Below are positions 22,534-35,647 of a stretch of 64,000 nucleotides of DNA, in pieces. Location of the stretch: assembly GCA_965223425.1 (NCBI GenBank), contig OZ245003.1, positions 320,001-384,000 of the forward strand, written 5' to 3'. The notes under the pieces were generated by a model. That model had not been told where the DNA came from. It searched no databases and saw nothing but the letters and a program-made list of their open reading frames with translations. Each line of letters starts with the position of its first letter. Positions within the stretch are counted from its first letter, which is position 1. This DNA is from Nitrosopumilus sp. Its GTDB lineage: Archaea; Thermoproteota; Nitrososphaeria; Nitrososphaerales; Nitrosopumilaceae. The position numbers and the translations under genes were made by a program.

Positions 22534-22625
22534 TCATATTCCAAGCTCGTACTTGGGTCATTTTGTACAAGAATCTTGGAGAGGTATCAGCACGTACATC
22601 ATACGGCCTGATCACTGATTCAAAA
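22534..22625 (-). pseudogene. Degraded 3' fragment of a second hexapeptide acetyltransferase
   Basis: Reverse complement aligns to 8010-8101 (GATCAGGCCGTATGA...AAGATTCTTG...AGTACGAGCTTGGAATA). Confidence 0.7.
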
Positions 22626-23386
22626 GTATCTGATCATCATATACTTCACATATCGAAGTTTGTATTTGATTTCCAACATGGGATGTTAAAAATTATACCT
22701 CATGAATGCAACATAACCAGTCGTTAGTGGTTACATCTCATATCTACAAATCTCTCATCTTACACTTGAACCTAATCACTTGCAATCATAGTTAGCATAT
22801 TAAATAACTGAACATTTTCACAGGCAGGATCTCCTTTCTGGCAAACAGCGTGCGTACTGACTGCTCCATCTCATCTAGCGTGCCAAACACTTTTGCAGAC
22901 AGTGCGCGCTTTATCGCCCTCCACTGCATCTCAATGGGATTAAGCTCCGGCGTGTACGGCAGCAGGTATTCCAGAGCTATCTCGCCGTTGTATCTTTCCA
23001 GAAACTCTTTTACCTTTTTGGATTTGTGATATGATGCATTGTCTACAAACAGCAGCACCCTGCCAAATCTCCTGTGAATTCGTTCCAAAAAACTGCAAAA
23101 GCCGTCGCTGTCTGGCTTTTCATAAAACATAAAGTAAAATGCGTTTGCTGACAAAGCCCCAAATGTATCTTCTCTCACGTGACAAAACAGAGGGGAATGT
23201 GGCGCGCTTGCCGCGCCTTCTCCACCCGTAGCCGGGCCTGTTTGATGCCTTTTCAATCGAGGATGCATCACTGGCCAGTACGTGTATCCCTGTGATGATC
23301 TTTCTGCGGCAATCTTCCCTGCGCGCTCGAAACTCTTTTTGTTCCTTTTTTGAGGCTGATCTTGGGTTTTTTGGACGCGCCTTGCT

Positions 23387-25891
23387 TAGTGAATTGGATT
23401 AACAATCGCTCACAAAACAGACAACATTATTCAACCACAAGATCTAGATCCCAGTGTATGGCAGAATCCGCATGAAATACAACGATTCCATAGTAATACC
23501 GGCAGACAAAAGATTCCTGTCCGGCGTCTCCAGTGCGCGCCTGCGCAGCATGCAAAAAAAGGAGACAGATCCCAGGGCCGCAGCAAGGCTGCTGGCATAT
23601 GCCATGCGCAAGGAGGGCATGTCAGTAGTTCCCAGATGTAGATTTACCGCAACCGCAACTGGCACCGGCTCTACTTGCCTCGATCATTGACAAACAGCTC
23701 GTTCCTGCCTGTAATGTACACGATAAACAACGCCATGGTAAGTTTTTCCCCCGCAGAAGACACTCCTCCATACATCTTTCCTGCATCAAGGCAGAACCTG
23801 GCAATCCTCCACAGGTTGTACAGAAGCAGCGGCAGATAAAACATCAGCAGCCTCACAGCCAGGGAGTTGCTGCATGTCCTGCCCATGATTTTCTTTATGA
23901 CGCGAAACCCCGTCTCGATGCCCCATCTCTTGCGGTACTGCTCCGGTATGATGTCTGTCATGGCTCTGGCACTCCTGATGGGAATGTTTGTTGCAAATGC
24001 AATGTATTGCTCCTTCTCTTCCTCCTCCTCCCCCTCCTTTTTCTTCTTCTTCCTGTCTCTTTTGACAATTACAAGGTTGTAGGTCACAGTTACGCCGTCC
24101 TTGTTGGTCATTGACTGCTGCGATACCTGGCTTGCCTTTCCGTCCTTGTACATCTTGACTATCCTCTTGATCTTGGAGTTCATGATGACAGGCATAATGT
24201 AGCGGCACCCGCCCTTTCCTGCCTCTGTCATGCAGTCAACGTTGTAAAAGGCGCGGTCGTACAGGAACACAGTCTTTGAGTGTGCGCCCCCTCTGAGGAT
24301 TTTCGTGCGTGTTTTGGCTATAAAATCGGCCAGTTTTTCCTTTGCCGGCAGCAGCTTCGATTCCAGGACAATCTGCGAGGAGTCCCTGCCGACTCCGTGC
24401 ACTGCGACATACGAGAGAAACGTGGATGTTCCTGCCCTTGGACGCGACTTTCTTGTATGCTCCTGCAGCTGCTCCCCATGGTATGGTATGTCCGTAACGT
24501 CTATTGCAATGGCGTCGATGTCCTGCAGCATTCCTGCACGGCCGGCGTGCCGTACCGTGCGTGCCAATGTCTTTGCACACCAGTCCTGCACGTCTGCCGG
24601 TTCGACGCCACGGACTGCAGACATGACCAGGTCTGCATCAGGCGTACGTGCGCCCGTGTCTTGAAGCCTGCTGCGCCGTACGAGGGATTCTACAAACGTG
24701 TTTCTCTCAGACGCCCTGATTAGCACGTCCAGTATGTCGTTACATCCGTATACGGCGTTGTGCCTCTCAGACATTGGCATGCCAAGCTTTTGAAACGACG
24801 AGCGCAAGATTTTAAACTGGTTTGATGCTATGTTGTACTGGTGTGCGATCGGATCGTCGTGTGTTTGATTGCTCATGACACCTTGCACACCGTAACCTAA
24901 TCTAGATCTTTGCATTGCAATATGCGGTAACGCACCGGCATCTGGGCACAAGCATACATCTGGGCACAAATCTACATCTGGGAACTACTGATGTCCATAC
25001 GCCGGATATGCATGGCCCTCAACTGGCCATACTCTACAGTACGGGGCTGGCTTGTGCGCGCCGCACAGCTTGGCACCGACGGCAGATACGACATCAAAAA
25101 TGAAGGCGCACCAAACAAGCTCGATCCGGAACAGATAGAACAGCTGCGCGCAGACCTGCTGGCAGGCCCGCGCAGTTGCGGCTTTGAGTCCGGAGTGTGG
25201 ACGGCACCGCTGCTGGCCGTACACATCAGAAAAAAGTTCGGCGTGCAGTATGCCACTGTCAGCATATATGACATACTGCACAGGATGGGCTTTTCGTGCA
25301 GAAAGCCGCGTCCAAAGCACCCAAGTCAGCCTCAGAATCAGAGAAAAAAGAGTTTAAAAAAAAGCAGGGGAGGTAATCCGGAGCCATCCAGGCCATACGG
25401 TGGTTACAGTTGACGAGGCCTCCTTTATCATTGGGTGGAATACCAAGAACGGGTGGTACCCCAAGGGCAGGCCCGTCACCACTCCAGTCAGCCTGTCGCG
25501 CAAAAGGTTCTACTCGTTTGGGGCGCTGTACGACGGAGGCTTTGACTGCAGGTTCTATGCCAAGGCCGACAGCTACAGCTTTGTGGACATGCTCGGACAC
25601 CTGCATCTCAAGCACGGCAAGATCATCGTATTTCTTGATAACGCATCATACCACAAGTCAAAGATGGTCAATGATTTTGTCGACTCGTATGACGGCGACA
25701 TAGTCCTTGTTTACTTGCCCGTGTACACCCCGGAGCTGAATACCACGGAGGGGCAGTGGAGGCTGTTAAGAAGGGCCACTGCAAACGTGATGTATGAAAG
25801 CACAAAGGTGATGAAGGAATCCATATGGACAATGCTGTATAGACGTGAGGTCAGGATAACAAGGATGAGCGGTTATTTATCCTAGTCACTA
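23387..25891 (+). mobile_element. IS630-family element B, interrupted by ISH3-C
   Basis: Both TIRs present; 2-bp TSD CT. Confidence 0.92.
23623..24990 (-). mobile_element. ISH3-family element C, complete (transposase within 23671-24969)
   Basis: TIR CAGTAGTTCCCAGATGTAGATTT; 4-bp TSD ATGT; AIDVT / LYDRAFY / YRKRWGIETGF. Confidence 0.93.
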
Positions 25892-26054
25892 CTCCACGAA
25901 AAGCCCATCTCCCTGATCAGCTGCAGCACGCCTGTCTTGCTGTACTGCACGCCGAACTTTCTCTTGAGTGCAGCCTTACGAGGTTAGAGTCCCACAAGCT
26001 GCTCTCAAAGCTGCATGACTCCTGCCCTGCATCCAAGTCTGCTGCAAGCTGTCT

Positions 26055-26745
26055 CAGTAGATGAAAATGTGTTTTCACGGAGTGGAAGGACGACAAGATT
26101 TTGCCTGATCTGCAAACAATCTGGACAGAAAAGGCAATTGATCAGGTGCCCCTGCAGTTCCTTATGCTTCACCAAAAAGAGCAACAAAGACACCGACTTG
26201 GCATGGCAGGCAGGGCGTTTAAAATGTTGTCTGCAATGCTGGGAAGAGTCGGCATCAGTTTCTCTGGCAGATACAACGCCCTGTACGACATAGGCGACTT
26301 TGTGCGCGTCATCATATCGATGTGCGAGAGCAGCTCGTGCGCCTCTGGCGTGACAAAGATGCTCTCCGCGCGCCACGGGCCGTACCGCATACCGTTGTCG
26401 ATGTGGACCATCTCAAAGGTAAGGAATGCCTGCACTGACGCTGATGTGATGGAGAAGCGGTGCAGGGACATGATGCGCATCACCATACACGAGGCAAGGC
26501 GCACCGGCCTCCTCAGGAACATTCCCCACACCATGGCAATTGACACCCACCTGATACCCAGATATGACAAGAATCCCAGAACCTTGGAAGAGCAGCTGGT
26601 GCGCTCAAGACACCGCAGTGGAACCTCGCGGTTTGAGGATACAGGGATGCTGAAAGGACGAGGCCCAAAACCACCAGCCAGAATGCCCCTGTCAGAATGT
26701 TTCTGTTTTTCATGGCACTTGTGATGTACAATCTGTGGGTGATCT
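26055..26745 (+). mobile_element. ISH3-family element D, internally deleted remnant
   Basis: CAGTAGATG end; ORF 26101-26724 with MAIDTHLIPRYD resembling ISH3-A; right boundary uncertain. Confidence 0.7.
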
Positions 26746-27166
26746 CAGTTGCAAGGTCTGTTGCGTAGCATGGGAGCTACGACACTGCCGCAATCCAACT
26801 TGTGATTATGTAAGAGGCTAGGTTAGTCACGAACTCAAACATTCTAGATCATACTGATCCAAATTCGATGATCCCTGATTCTGTCTAATGAGTGACTCGG
26901 AGATCAAGATATTACGGGATGCTCTGGCAAGGGCGTTTGCTGAAAACGACAGCTTGCGAAAGATTGTCAGCCAGTTGGCAGGCGATGTAAAAAAATTACA
27001 GGCAAGGGAAGCCGAGAAGGATTTGACAATAGCGGAACTAAAGAGGCGCGTAGCGTTCTACGAGAATCCGCACTCACCGCCGTCGGCAAACTCCATTCCC
27101 ACGCGCCGAAAAAAGGCAGACCGTGCAAAAGGCAGTTCCTCCCCTCCAAACAAGGGCGGAGCAAGT

Positions 27167-29618
27167 CAGTAGTTCCCAGATGTAGATTTGTGCCCAGATG
27201 TAGGTTTATGCCCAGATGCCGGTGCGTTACCGCATAACTGCAATGCAAAGATCCAGATTAGGCTACGGCGTGCAATATGTCATGAAAGTCGAATTACATG
27301 ACGAACTGATCGCACGCCAGTACAATATAACATCAAACCGGTTTAAAATCCTGCGCTCGTCGTTTCAAAAGCTTGGCATGCCAATGTCTGAGAGGCACAA
27401 CGCCGTATACGGATGCAATGACATACTGGACGTGCTAATCAAGGCGTCTGAGAGAAACACGTTTGTAGAATCCCTCGTACGGCACAACAGGCTTCAAGAC
27501 ACGGGTGCACGTACGCCTGATGCAGACCTGGTCATGTCTGCAGTCCGTGGCGTCAAACCGGCAGACGTGCAGGCCTGGTGGGGGTTGTCGCCAAATTCGA
27601 CCAAATGATCTAATTTTGTGATTTTTCACGCATATTGATCAGGGAGGATGTGAGTTCTCTAATGATCTGTCATAAGAGACGTGATCAGTACTGGAAGTAC
27701 TATCACGATGCCCACACCCGAGAACTGGATTTTCTCACGTCCCATATAGTTTCTTTGATTGTGAAAAATCCGTGTCCCGTACATGCCAGAAGGTCTGGTG
27801 CGGGGCGCAAACCGGTACATGACAAAAACAAGCTTGCATTTCTCTGCATACTCACGGTGTGCCTTGACTTTACATTCAGGGACATGGAGAATCTTGCAGC
27901 CCTGCTGAGGATGCCGTGGAACGAACCCCTGCCGGATCACAGCACCATTGCCAGGTTCATGCAAAAGATTCCTGTTGCGTGGCTTGAGGACATGATTGCC
28001 GTCACGGCAGCATCGTGCCTTGCAGGATTTGATGTCTCTGATCTCACGCTGGCATCAGACAGCAGCGGCGTTGCCACTGACAGGTATGAAAGGGTGCAAA
28101 AAAAGGCCAGAAACAGGCACAAACCGGAGGCAAAGCGTCAAAAGAAGTATCTGAAATGGCACGTGGCCTCGGTACTGGGCCTGCAGGTCATACTCTCCTG
28201 CCGCATCACATCCAACAGGATGGCAGACACTACAGTCTTTGCCTCGCTGCTAAAGAAGATCAAAAAGACAGGCATTGCCTTTGCAGGCAGGTTCAACGCA
28301 GACAGGGGGTATGATTCTGATAGGAACTGCAGGCTTGTCTTTGGTGCCGGCATGACCCCGAACATAAAGCAGAGGGGCAATGCCGTGAACAGAACAAAAA
28401 AGTTCAGGAAAAAGGCCGCAGGGCTGTTTGACGGGGAGATCTACAAAAAACGAGGCATGATAGAGGGAATATTTGGAGCAGAGGAGACAGAGGGCCACCG
28501 GCTGCTGTGCAGGTTCAGAAAGACATCCACAAGAAGGCGGTTTGGACTGTGCAAGACAATAGGATGGAACTTGGAAGTGTTAAACCGTTTGGAGTGCGCC
28601 GCAAGGCGAAATATTCAGGTGGTGGCAGCTTGATGTGAATTTGGCGACAACCCCGGCCTGGTGTGCAAGGACGCTGGCACGCACGGTGCGGCACGCCCGC
28701 CATACAGGAATGCTGCAGGACATCGACGCCATTGCAATAGACGTTACGGACATACCATACCATGGGGAGCAGCTGCAGGAGCATACAAGAAAGTCGCGTC
28801 CAAGGGCAGGAACATCCACGTTTCTCTCGTATGTCGCAGTGCACGGAGTCGGCAGGGACTCCTCGCAGATTGTCCTGGAATCGAAGCTACTACCGGCAAA
28901 GGAAAAACTGGCCGATTTTATAGCCAAAACACGCACGAAAATCCTCAGAGGGGGCGCACACTCAAAGACTGTGTTCCTGTACGACCGCGCCTTTTACAAC
29001 GTTGACTGCATGACAGAGGCAGGAAAGGGCGGGTGCCGCTACATTATGCCTGTCATCATGAACTCCAAGATCAAGAGGATAGTCAAGATGTACAAGGACG
29101 GAAAGGCAAGCCAGGTATCGCAGCAGTCAATGACCAACAAAGACGGCGTAACTGTGACCTACAACCTTGTAATTGTCAAAAGAGACAGGAAGAAGAAGAA
29201 AAAGGGGGAGGGGGAAGAGGAGGGGGAGGAGCAATACATTGCGTTTGCAACAAACATTCCCATCAGGAGCGCCAGAGCCATGACAGGCATCATACCGGAG
29301 CAGTACCGCAAGAGATGGGGCATCGAGACGGGGTTTCGCGTCATAAAGGAGATCATGGGCAGGACATGCAGCAACTCCCTGTCTGTGAGGCTGCTGATGT
29401 TTTACCTGCCGCTGCTGCTGTACAACCTGTGGAGGATTGCCAGGTTCTGCCTTGATGCGGGAAAGAGGCACGGAAGAGCGTCTTCTGCGGGAAAAAAACT
29501 CACCATGGCGTTGTTTATCGTGTACATTACAAGCAGAAACGAGTTGTTTGTCAATGATCGAGGCAAGTAGAACCGATGCCAGTTGCGGTTGCGGTAAATC
29601 TACATCTGGGAACTACTG
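27167..29618 (+). mobile_element. ISH3-family element C, interrupted by an IS5-family element
   Basis: TIRs as at 23623; 4-bp TSD AAGT. Confidence 0.92.
27581..28654 (+). mobile_element. IS5-family (IS903/ISH1-like) element, intact (transposase 27635-28633)
   Basis: Perfect 18-bp TIR GGGGTTGTCGCCAAATTC; 9-bp TSD GGCCTGGTG; PDHSTI, DSSG, ADRGYD, RGMIE motifs. Confidence 0.93.
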
Positions 29619-30772
29619 AAGTGCAGGCCACGTCGGCGCATCCCACAAGAGAAGGCCTTGTCACACAACGGTGCACAGGCCAAAGAAATGCGCAAAGTGC
29701 GGCAGCAAAGGCATTACAGTTACAAAAACCACGACAAAGATGACAGTCGACATTCCGGAGATTCCAAGGACCGTATCCACAAACAACGTCATACAGCACT
29801 GCACCTGCAGGTGCGGACATGTCACAACGCCCCAGGTCGGAATAGACGGAACATCGATTGGCAAGAACCTCATGACAATAACCATGTCGATGTATAAACA
29901 AGGCTGCAGCCTGAACTCAATCAGGGAGGCAGCAAGCCTGTATGACACGTCAATCTGCAAAAAAACAATACAAAACGCGCTGTTTGCATTAGGAGGAGCG
30001 TTAGAGTCAGAGGTAGAGTCATGGAAAGAAAATATTGGCAGATCAAAATACCTGAAACTTGATGAGACGTCATATACAATATACGACAAACTGGGATATG
30101 TCTGGGTATGCATCGGTGATGATGCGGTACTGACTCATGTGGACAGAAGCAGGGCCGCTGCCGTACTGGATATTCACTTTCCTCACTGGGATATTCCCGT
30201 GACAGTCGACGGTTATGCGGCATACAACAGTTTCAGAACAATTCAACGGTGCTGGTCACACATACTGTGTGATGCCGAATTTGAACAGGATGATGATGAT
30301 GATGATGATGAACCAAAAACCATGCTGTATGAGAAACTGCGTTTGCTATACCACGATGCAAAGCAGGTTGCGCTGCGGCCTGACGCGCACACGCATTATG
30401 ACTCGTTTGTGATCTCCTGCACGGCAATTGCGGATTCGTACAAGGGTTGTCCGGACTGCAAGTTCGGAGACAAGCTGGAAAAGGCCACACCAAACCTGCT
30501 TACGTTTCTAAAGCATCCCGGAATGGATCCCACAAACAACGAATCAGAAAGGATGCTTCGCCGGGTCGTCATATCGCGCAAGATTAGACAGCGTCTTGTC
30601 ACCGAAGCAGGCATGAAGGTATTTGGCATACTTGTGAGCTGCTTGCTGACATGGCAGAAAAGGGGCACCAGCATTCAAGAAGAGATACTGAGACTGTACT
30701 AGAGACCTAGCCTCTTACGTGATTATTGACTATAACCTTATATTACAAAATTCTGTACGGTAAAAAGGGTTT

Positions 30773-31555
30773 GTGACAATGATCAGTGTGGATAGAATTG
30801 TACGGTATGCAAAACTCAAAATTTTTGGTCCCAAAATGACACAAGAGGCGCATGAATTCATTATCCGATACAGACAGATACTGGATGATGCAATGCTTGA
30901 TGCAGATCAGTTTATGGAAAAACATGCGGATTCCGACATGGTTGAATTCCTCAAATCGTCTAAGCAGTTCATGGATGATATGGCAACGATGCAGGATAAG
31001 AATAAGAAAAGTAGGGATTTGTATCTTCCAATTCACACGATGTTGTATATGCTCTGTAAAAAGCAAAAACCATCACGTATCATAGAGACAGGAGTTGAAA
31101 AAGGCGGTTCCACCTATGCAATTCTAAAAGCCCTCAACACAGTTAACATAAACACGTATCTTTATTCAATCGATATCGCCGAAAACTATACATACAAAAA
31201 TGAATATGTTGCCAAAATTGGACCGCTCGTAACTGATCATTTGAAAAAACGATGGAAGTTTGTTCACGGAGATGCCCAAAAAATACTTGGAACAGTGCTG
31301 GAAGAAACTGGCGAGTTGGATGCATTTATGGCATTGCAGGGACACACATACGAAGTGCAAAAACATGAGGGAGATACCGCGTGGCCGCACATAAAGAGTG
31401 GCGGGATATTTGTGCTTGACAGACCTGACTGGAACGAAGGCATGTACTTGAAGGAATTCCTTGCAGAACATGGCAGCGAAGTGGCTCATCATGAAACATA
31501 CAAGGAGGGTGCAGTGAGCGACCCATTCGAGTTTACCGTAATCATAAAGAAATAA
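30773..31555 (+). CDS. Class I SAM-dependent methyltransferase (Methyltransf_24-like)
   Basis: IIETGVEKGGST, LYSID, HGDA, KSGGIFVLD. Confidence 0.8.
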   Translation: MTMISVDRIVRYAKLKIFGPKMTQEAHEFIIRYRQILDDAMLDADQFMEKHADSDMVEFLKSSKQFMDDMATMQDKNKKSRDLYLPIHTMLYMLCKKQKPSRIIETGVEKGGSTYAILKALNTVNINTYLYSIDIAENYTYKNEYVAKIGPLVTDHLKKRWKFVHGDAQKILGTVLEETGELDAFMALQGHTYEVQKHEGDTAWPHIKSGGIFVLDRPDWNEGMYLKEFLAEHGSEVAHHETYKEGAVSDPFEFTVIIKK

Positions 31556-31607
31556 CCAGTTCAGTTATCAGTCTTCCCAGAAGTACCTCGAAAATAGTTC
31601 CTAAACA

Positions 31608-33131
31608 AGACTTTATGCATAATTGACCCGTCAAATTTTTTCTGCAGCATACATTACCAAGACACACAAAGCCAGTCCAGGAAATTATTTAATTTTGATG
31701 CAAAAGATCATTGTAAATTCGCAGAAATTAGAAATCCGTGCGCACTCTTGCAGTGCCTCATGCACCCTGTGCTGTGCCGTCAATAACCAAGTGACGGCCG
31801 CTTTTTCTTTGCATCCCACAGCAGTTGAAAGTTTGCAAGGCCGGTACACACAGCCAGCTCCTCGCGAAACTCCTCTACCGTGCCGTCATACGGGTCTGTC
31901 ATCCTCGCCCACTGCTTTATTCTTCCGATGGCGTGCCCCGCCTTTACCCTCTTGGCGCTGATCCTTTTGTTCGAGTCCTTTTGCTGCTGCGTCAGCTCCG
32001 TCCGCGGCCTCTTTTTTTCCGGCATCTCAAGTGCCATTCCCGTGTAGTGATTGGCATCCCTGGTACCCCTTGTCTGCAAGTACCCGTATCCTGTCCTTTT
32101 CCGGAGTGTCTTTTTTGTACATGGATTTAGACCACCTGCCAAAGTCTATCGGATCCTCTCTTATCATGGTAAGGTCGTGCGTCCCGCCCTCAAAGGACCT
32201 GCCTGCTGCAAGTATCAGGCCTGCCTTGTTTGTTGTTATGGTGGTGTTAATCGTAAAGCGCTTCTTTTTGCCAGAGTACGTGTCTTTTCTTTTATCCCTG
32301 TCCTGCGGACGCTGCCTTGGCACCACCTCGGTGCCGTCAATTATGATGGTTCTGTCCGGCATTAGCTGCTCTAGCTGCCCTGATGTCTCGGCCTTTTTTA
32401 CCAGACGGGTCATCCTGTCTGCAGTAGGCAGAATCTTTGCCAGCACGGAATCTGCGAACCGGAGGTACCTGCACACGGTGGACTGGTCAACATCAAACAG
32501 CGCCCCAGAGCGTCCTGCGTCACGTTTGAGCGCCTGCGGAACAGCGCAAGCAGCAGGACGGACCTGCGGCCAGGCAGGCAGCGGTTTCCGGGATCCGGTG
32601 TCCCGTCCTCTGAAAAGAGCGGCGCGTCTTTGTTGTGCCTCTTTGACTCTACCACAAAGTCATTGCAGATGTAGTCAAACTGGTCAAGGTCATATGGTAA
32701 TCCCTGCAAGCTTTGCGCTGTTGTGCAGTATGCCGTGGATCACCTCCCTGATGTGCAGCAGCGACGTGTCCGTATCAGAGCGGCCTGCATCTGTAACGGC
32801 CCACAGGCCGTCCTCGCGCAGCAGCTGCTGCTCGCGCAGCAGGCCAATCGTCTTCTCGCGCCTGCTGATTGCTGCGTCCTTTTGCTTGATTGCTCTGTTG
32901 TTCTGCTTGATTGCTCTGTTGTTCTGCTTGATTGCTCTGTTGTTCTGCTTGATTGCTGTGTCCTTTTGCTTGATTGCTCTGTTGTTCTGCTTGATTGCTG
33001 TGTCCTTTTGCTTGAGCTCCCTTTGCAGCCTGCGTATAGTCTGTTCTGAAGATTCCATTACCTGTTGCGGCGATCAAAATGGATCTAAATCTTTCGGAAA
33101 AATTTTTATGATTCAATTATGCATAAAGTCT
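31608..33131 (-). mobile_element. IS5-family element B, copy 3; both TIRs intact, transposase frameshifted
   Basis: 19-bp TIR AGACTTTATGCATAATTGA at both ends; followed by an internal IS5-B fragment at 33132-33260. Confidence 0.92.
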
Positions 33132-33260
33132 CTTGCAGGGATTACCTCGTATGACCTTGACCAGTTTGACTACATCTACAATGACTTTGTGGCAGAGTCA
33201 AAGAAGCACAACAAAGACGCGCCGCTCTTTTCAGAGGACGAAACACCGGATCCCGGAAAC

Positions 33261-34728
33261 GTAAGAGGCTAGGTTAGTCACGAACTCAAACATTCTAGAT
33301 CATGCTGATCCAAATTCGATGATCCCTGATTCTGTCTAATGAGTGACTCGGAGATCAAGATATTACGGGATGCTCTGGCAAAATCATTTGCTGAAAACGA
33401 CAACTTGCGAAAGATTGTCAGCCAGTTGGCAGGCGATGTAAAAAAATCACAGGCAAGGGAAGCCGAGAAGGATTTGACAATAGCGGAACTAAAGAGGCGC
33501 GTAGCGTTCTACGAGAATCCGCACTCACCGCCGTCGGCAAACTCCATTCCCACGCGCCGAAAAAAGGCAGACCGTGCAAAAGGCGGTTCCTCCTCCTCCT
33601 CCTCCTCCCCTCCAAACAAGGGCGGAGCATGCGCCGACGTGGCCTGCCCATCCCACAAGAGAAGGCCTTGTCACACAACGGTGCACAGGCCAAAGAAATG
33701 CGCAAAGTGCGGCAGCAAAGGCATTGCCGTTACAAAAACCACGACAAAGATGACAGTCGACATTCCGGAGATTCCAAGGACCGTATCCACAAACAACGTC
33801 ATACAGCACTGCACCTGCAGGTGCGGACATGTCACAACGCCCCGGGTCGGAATAGACGGAACATCGATTGGCAAGAACCTCATGACAATAATCATGTCGA
33901 TGTATAAACAAGGCTGCAGCCTGAACTCAATCAGGGAGGCAGCAAGCCTGTATGACACGTCAATCTGCAAAAAAACAATACAAAACGCGCTGTTTGCATT
34001 AGGAGGAGCGTTAGAGTCAGAGGTAGAGTCATGGAAAGAAAAGATTGGCAGATCAAAATACCTGAAACTTGATGAGACGTCATATACAATATACGACAAA
34101 CTGGGATATGTCTGGGTATGCATCGGTGATGATGCGGTACTGATTCATGTGGACAGAAGCAGGGCCGCTGCCGTACTGGATCTTCACTTTCCTCACTGGG
34201 ATATTCCCGTGACAGTCGACGGTTATGCGGCATACAACAGTTTCAGAACAATTCAACGGTGCTGGTCACACATACTGTGTGATGCCGAATTTGAACAGGA
34301 TGATGGTGATGATGATGATGAACCAAAAACCATGCTGTATGAGAAACTGCGTTTGCTATACCACGATGCAAAGCAGGTTGCGCTGCGGCCTGACGCGCAC
34401 ACGCATTATGGCTCGTTTGTGATCTCCTGCACGGCAATTGCGGATTCGTACAAGGGTTGTCCGGACTGCAAGTTCGGAGACAAGCTGGAAAAGGCCACAC
34501 CAAACCTGCTTACGTTTCTAAAGCATCCCGGAATGGATCCCACAAACAACGAATCAGAAAGGATGCTTCGCCGGGTCGTCATATCGCGCAAGATTAGACA
34601 GCGTCTTGTCACCGAAGCAGGCATGAAGGTATTTGGCATACTTGTGAGCTGCTTGCTGACATGGCAGAAAAGGGGCACCAGCATTCAAGAAGAGATACTG
34701 AAACTGTACTAGAGACCTAGCCTCTTAC
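33261..34728 (+). mobile_element. IS66-family element, intact (transposase 33339-34712)
   Basis: TIR GTAAGAGGCTAGGT; coiled coil, CxxC Zn finger, LDETS, VDGY, PTNNESER; flanks do not form a TSD. Confidence 0.95.
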
Positions 34729-35620
34729 GAAGGGAATCAGATGGCTGCATGAAATCAATCTGACAGAAGTTGACAGGATGGCAATGAACACATATCTTGA
34801 AAACATTGAGATGAATCAAAAACAGATTGACACATTTGAGACAAAGATTGCTACAATTAGCAACGAGGATGAAAGAACAAGACTAATCATGACAATACCT
34901 GGAATAAGCTATGTCACGGCACTGACAATAATATCCGAGATAGTTGATATTAACAGATTTGCAACAGTAGAGAAATTAGTGTCATATGCGGGACTTGCAC
35001 CATCACACAGAGACAGCGGAGAGACGCAAAAAGGAGGAGGCGGAATAACAAAACGGGGTTCTGCATGGCTGCGCAATGCAATGGTGGAGGCTGCAAACAC
35101 TACGATACGATTTGATCCAAGGATGGAATCATTTTATTCAAGAATTGCAAAAAGGAGAGGAAAACAAAAGGCAAGGATAGCAGCTGCAAGGCAGATGATG
35201 CTTGAGATAATCTGGTACATGCTAACAAACATGGAGGAATACCGCACACAGAATCACGAGTTGACGCAAAGAAAGTATAAGAAGATGCAGGACAAATCAG
35301 AAACGTCCTGATTCAGCAAAGCACACTAAGAATGGCCCGCAGTAGGATAAGAGACGATTTCGTATGGGAGAACCATTAGGATGTACAAATGTCGGTGTAC
35401 TCCGGCATGTATATCTTCCAAATAGGGAGGAGAGAAATTTGGAATTATCACTAGCAGTTTGGGGTTTTGAAGTTCTGTATAGATGAGAAGCTGCGTGGAA
35501 TGTAGGTGTCTGCTAAATGGGAATCCATACGATGAATCACAACTCCCAGCTATTCGCAATAGATCCAGAGACAACCGCCAAAATTCAATAGGGCATGATC
35601 TAAGCCCATATGTAACCATT
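34729..35620 (+). mobile_element. IS110-family element C, 3' half plus structured 3' non-coding region
   Basis: ORF 34778-35311 with TIPGI, YAGLAPSHRDSG, ITKRG; about 300 bp downstream with several stems; right boundary approximate. Confidence 0.8.
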
Positions 35621-35647
35621 ATTTAGAACCATATCAAATGTTTGTGT

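Larger units (their letters stand above)
22789..26054 (-). mobile_element. IS630-family element A, degenerate; host of a nested insertion
   Basis: 22789-23386 and 25892-26054 rejoin as CCTTGCT/CTCCACG, matching 9341-9360. Confidence 0.88.
26810..30718 (+). mobile_element. IS66-family (single-ORF, ISBst12-like) element, interrupted
   Basis: TIR GTAAGAGGCTAGGT; 8-bp TSD GTGATTAT; transposase split into 26888- and -30702 parts. Confidence 0.93.

Noticed and set aside
27167-27218. Three CCCAGATG motifs at 18-bp spacing in the ISH3-C left end as a separate element
   Set aside because: Present in each ISH3-C left end; best explained as subterminal transposase-binding repeats
32031-33272. 413-aa plus-strand ORF and similar long shadow ORFs (9347-10000, 17076-17849, 20409-21059, 44031-44750, 61962-62594)
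   Set aside because: Antisense to recognisable transposases or core genes; no protein motifs
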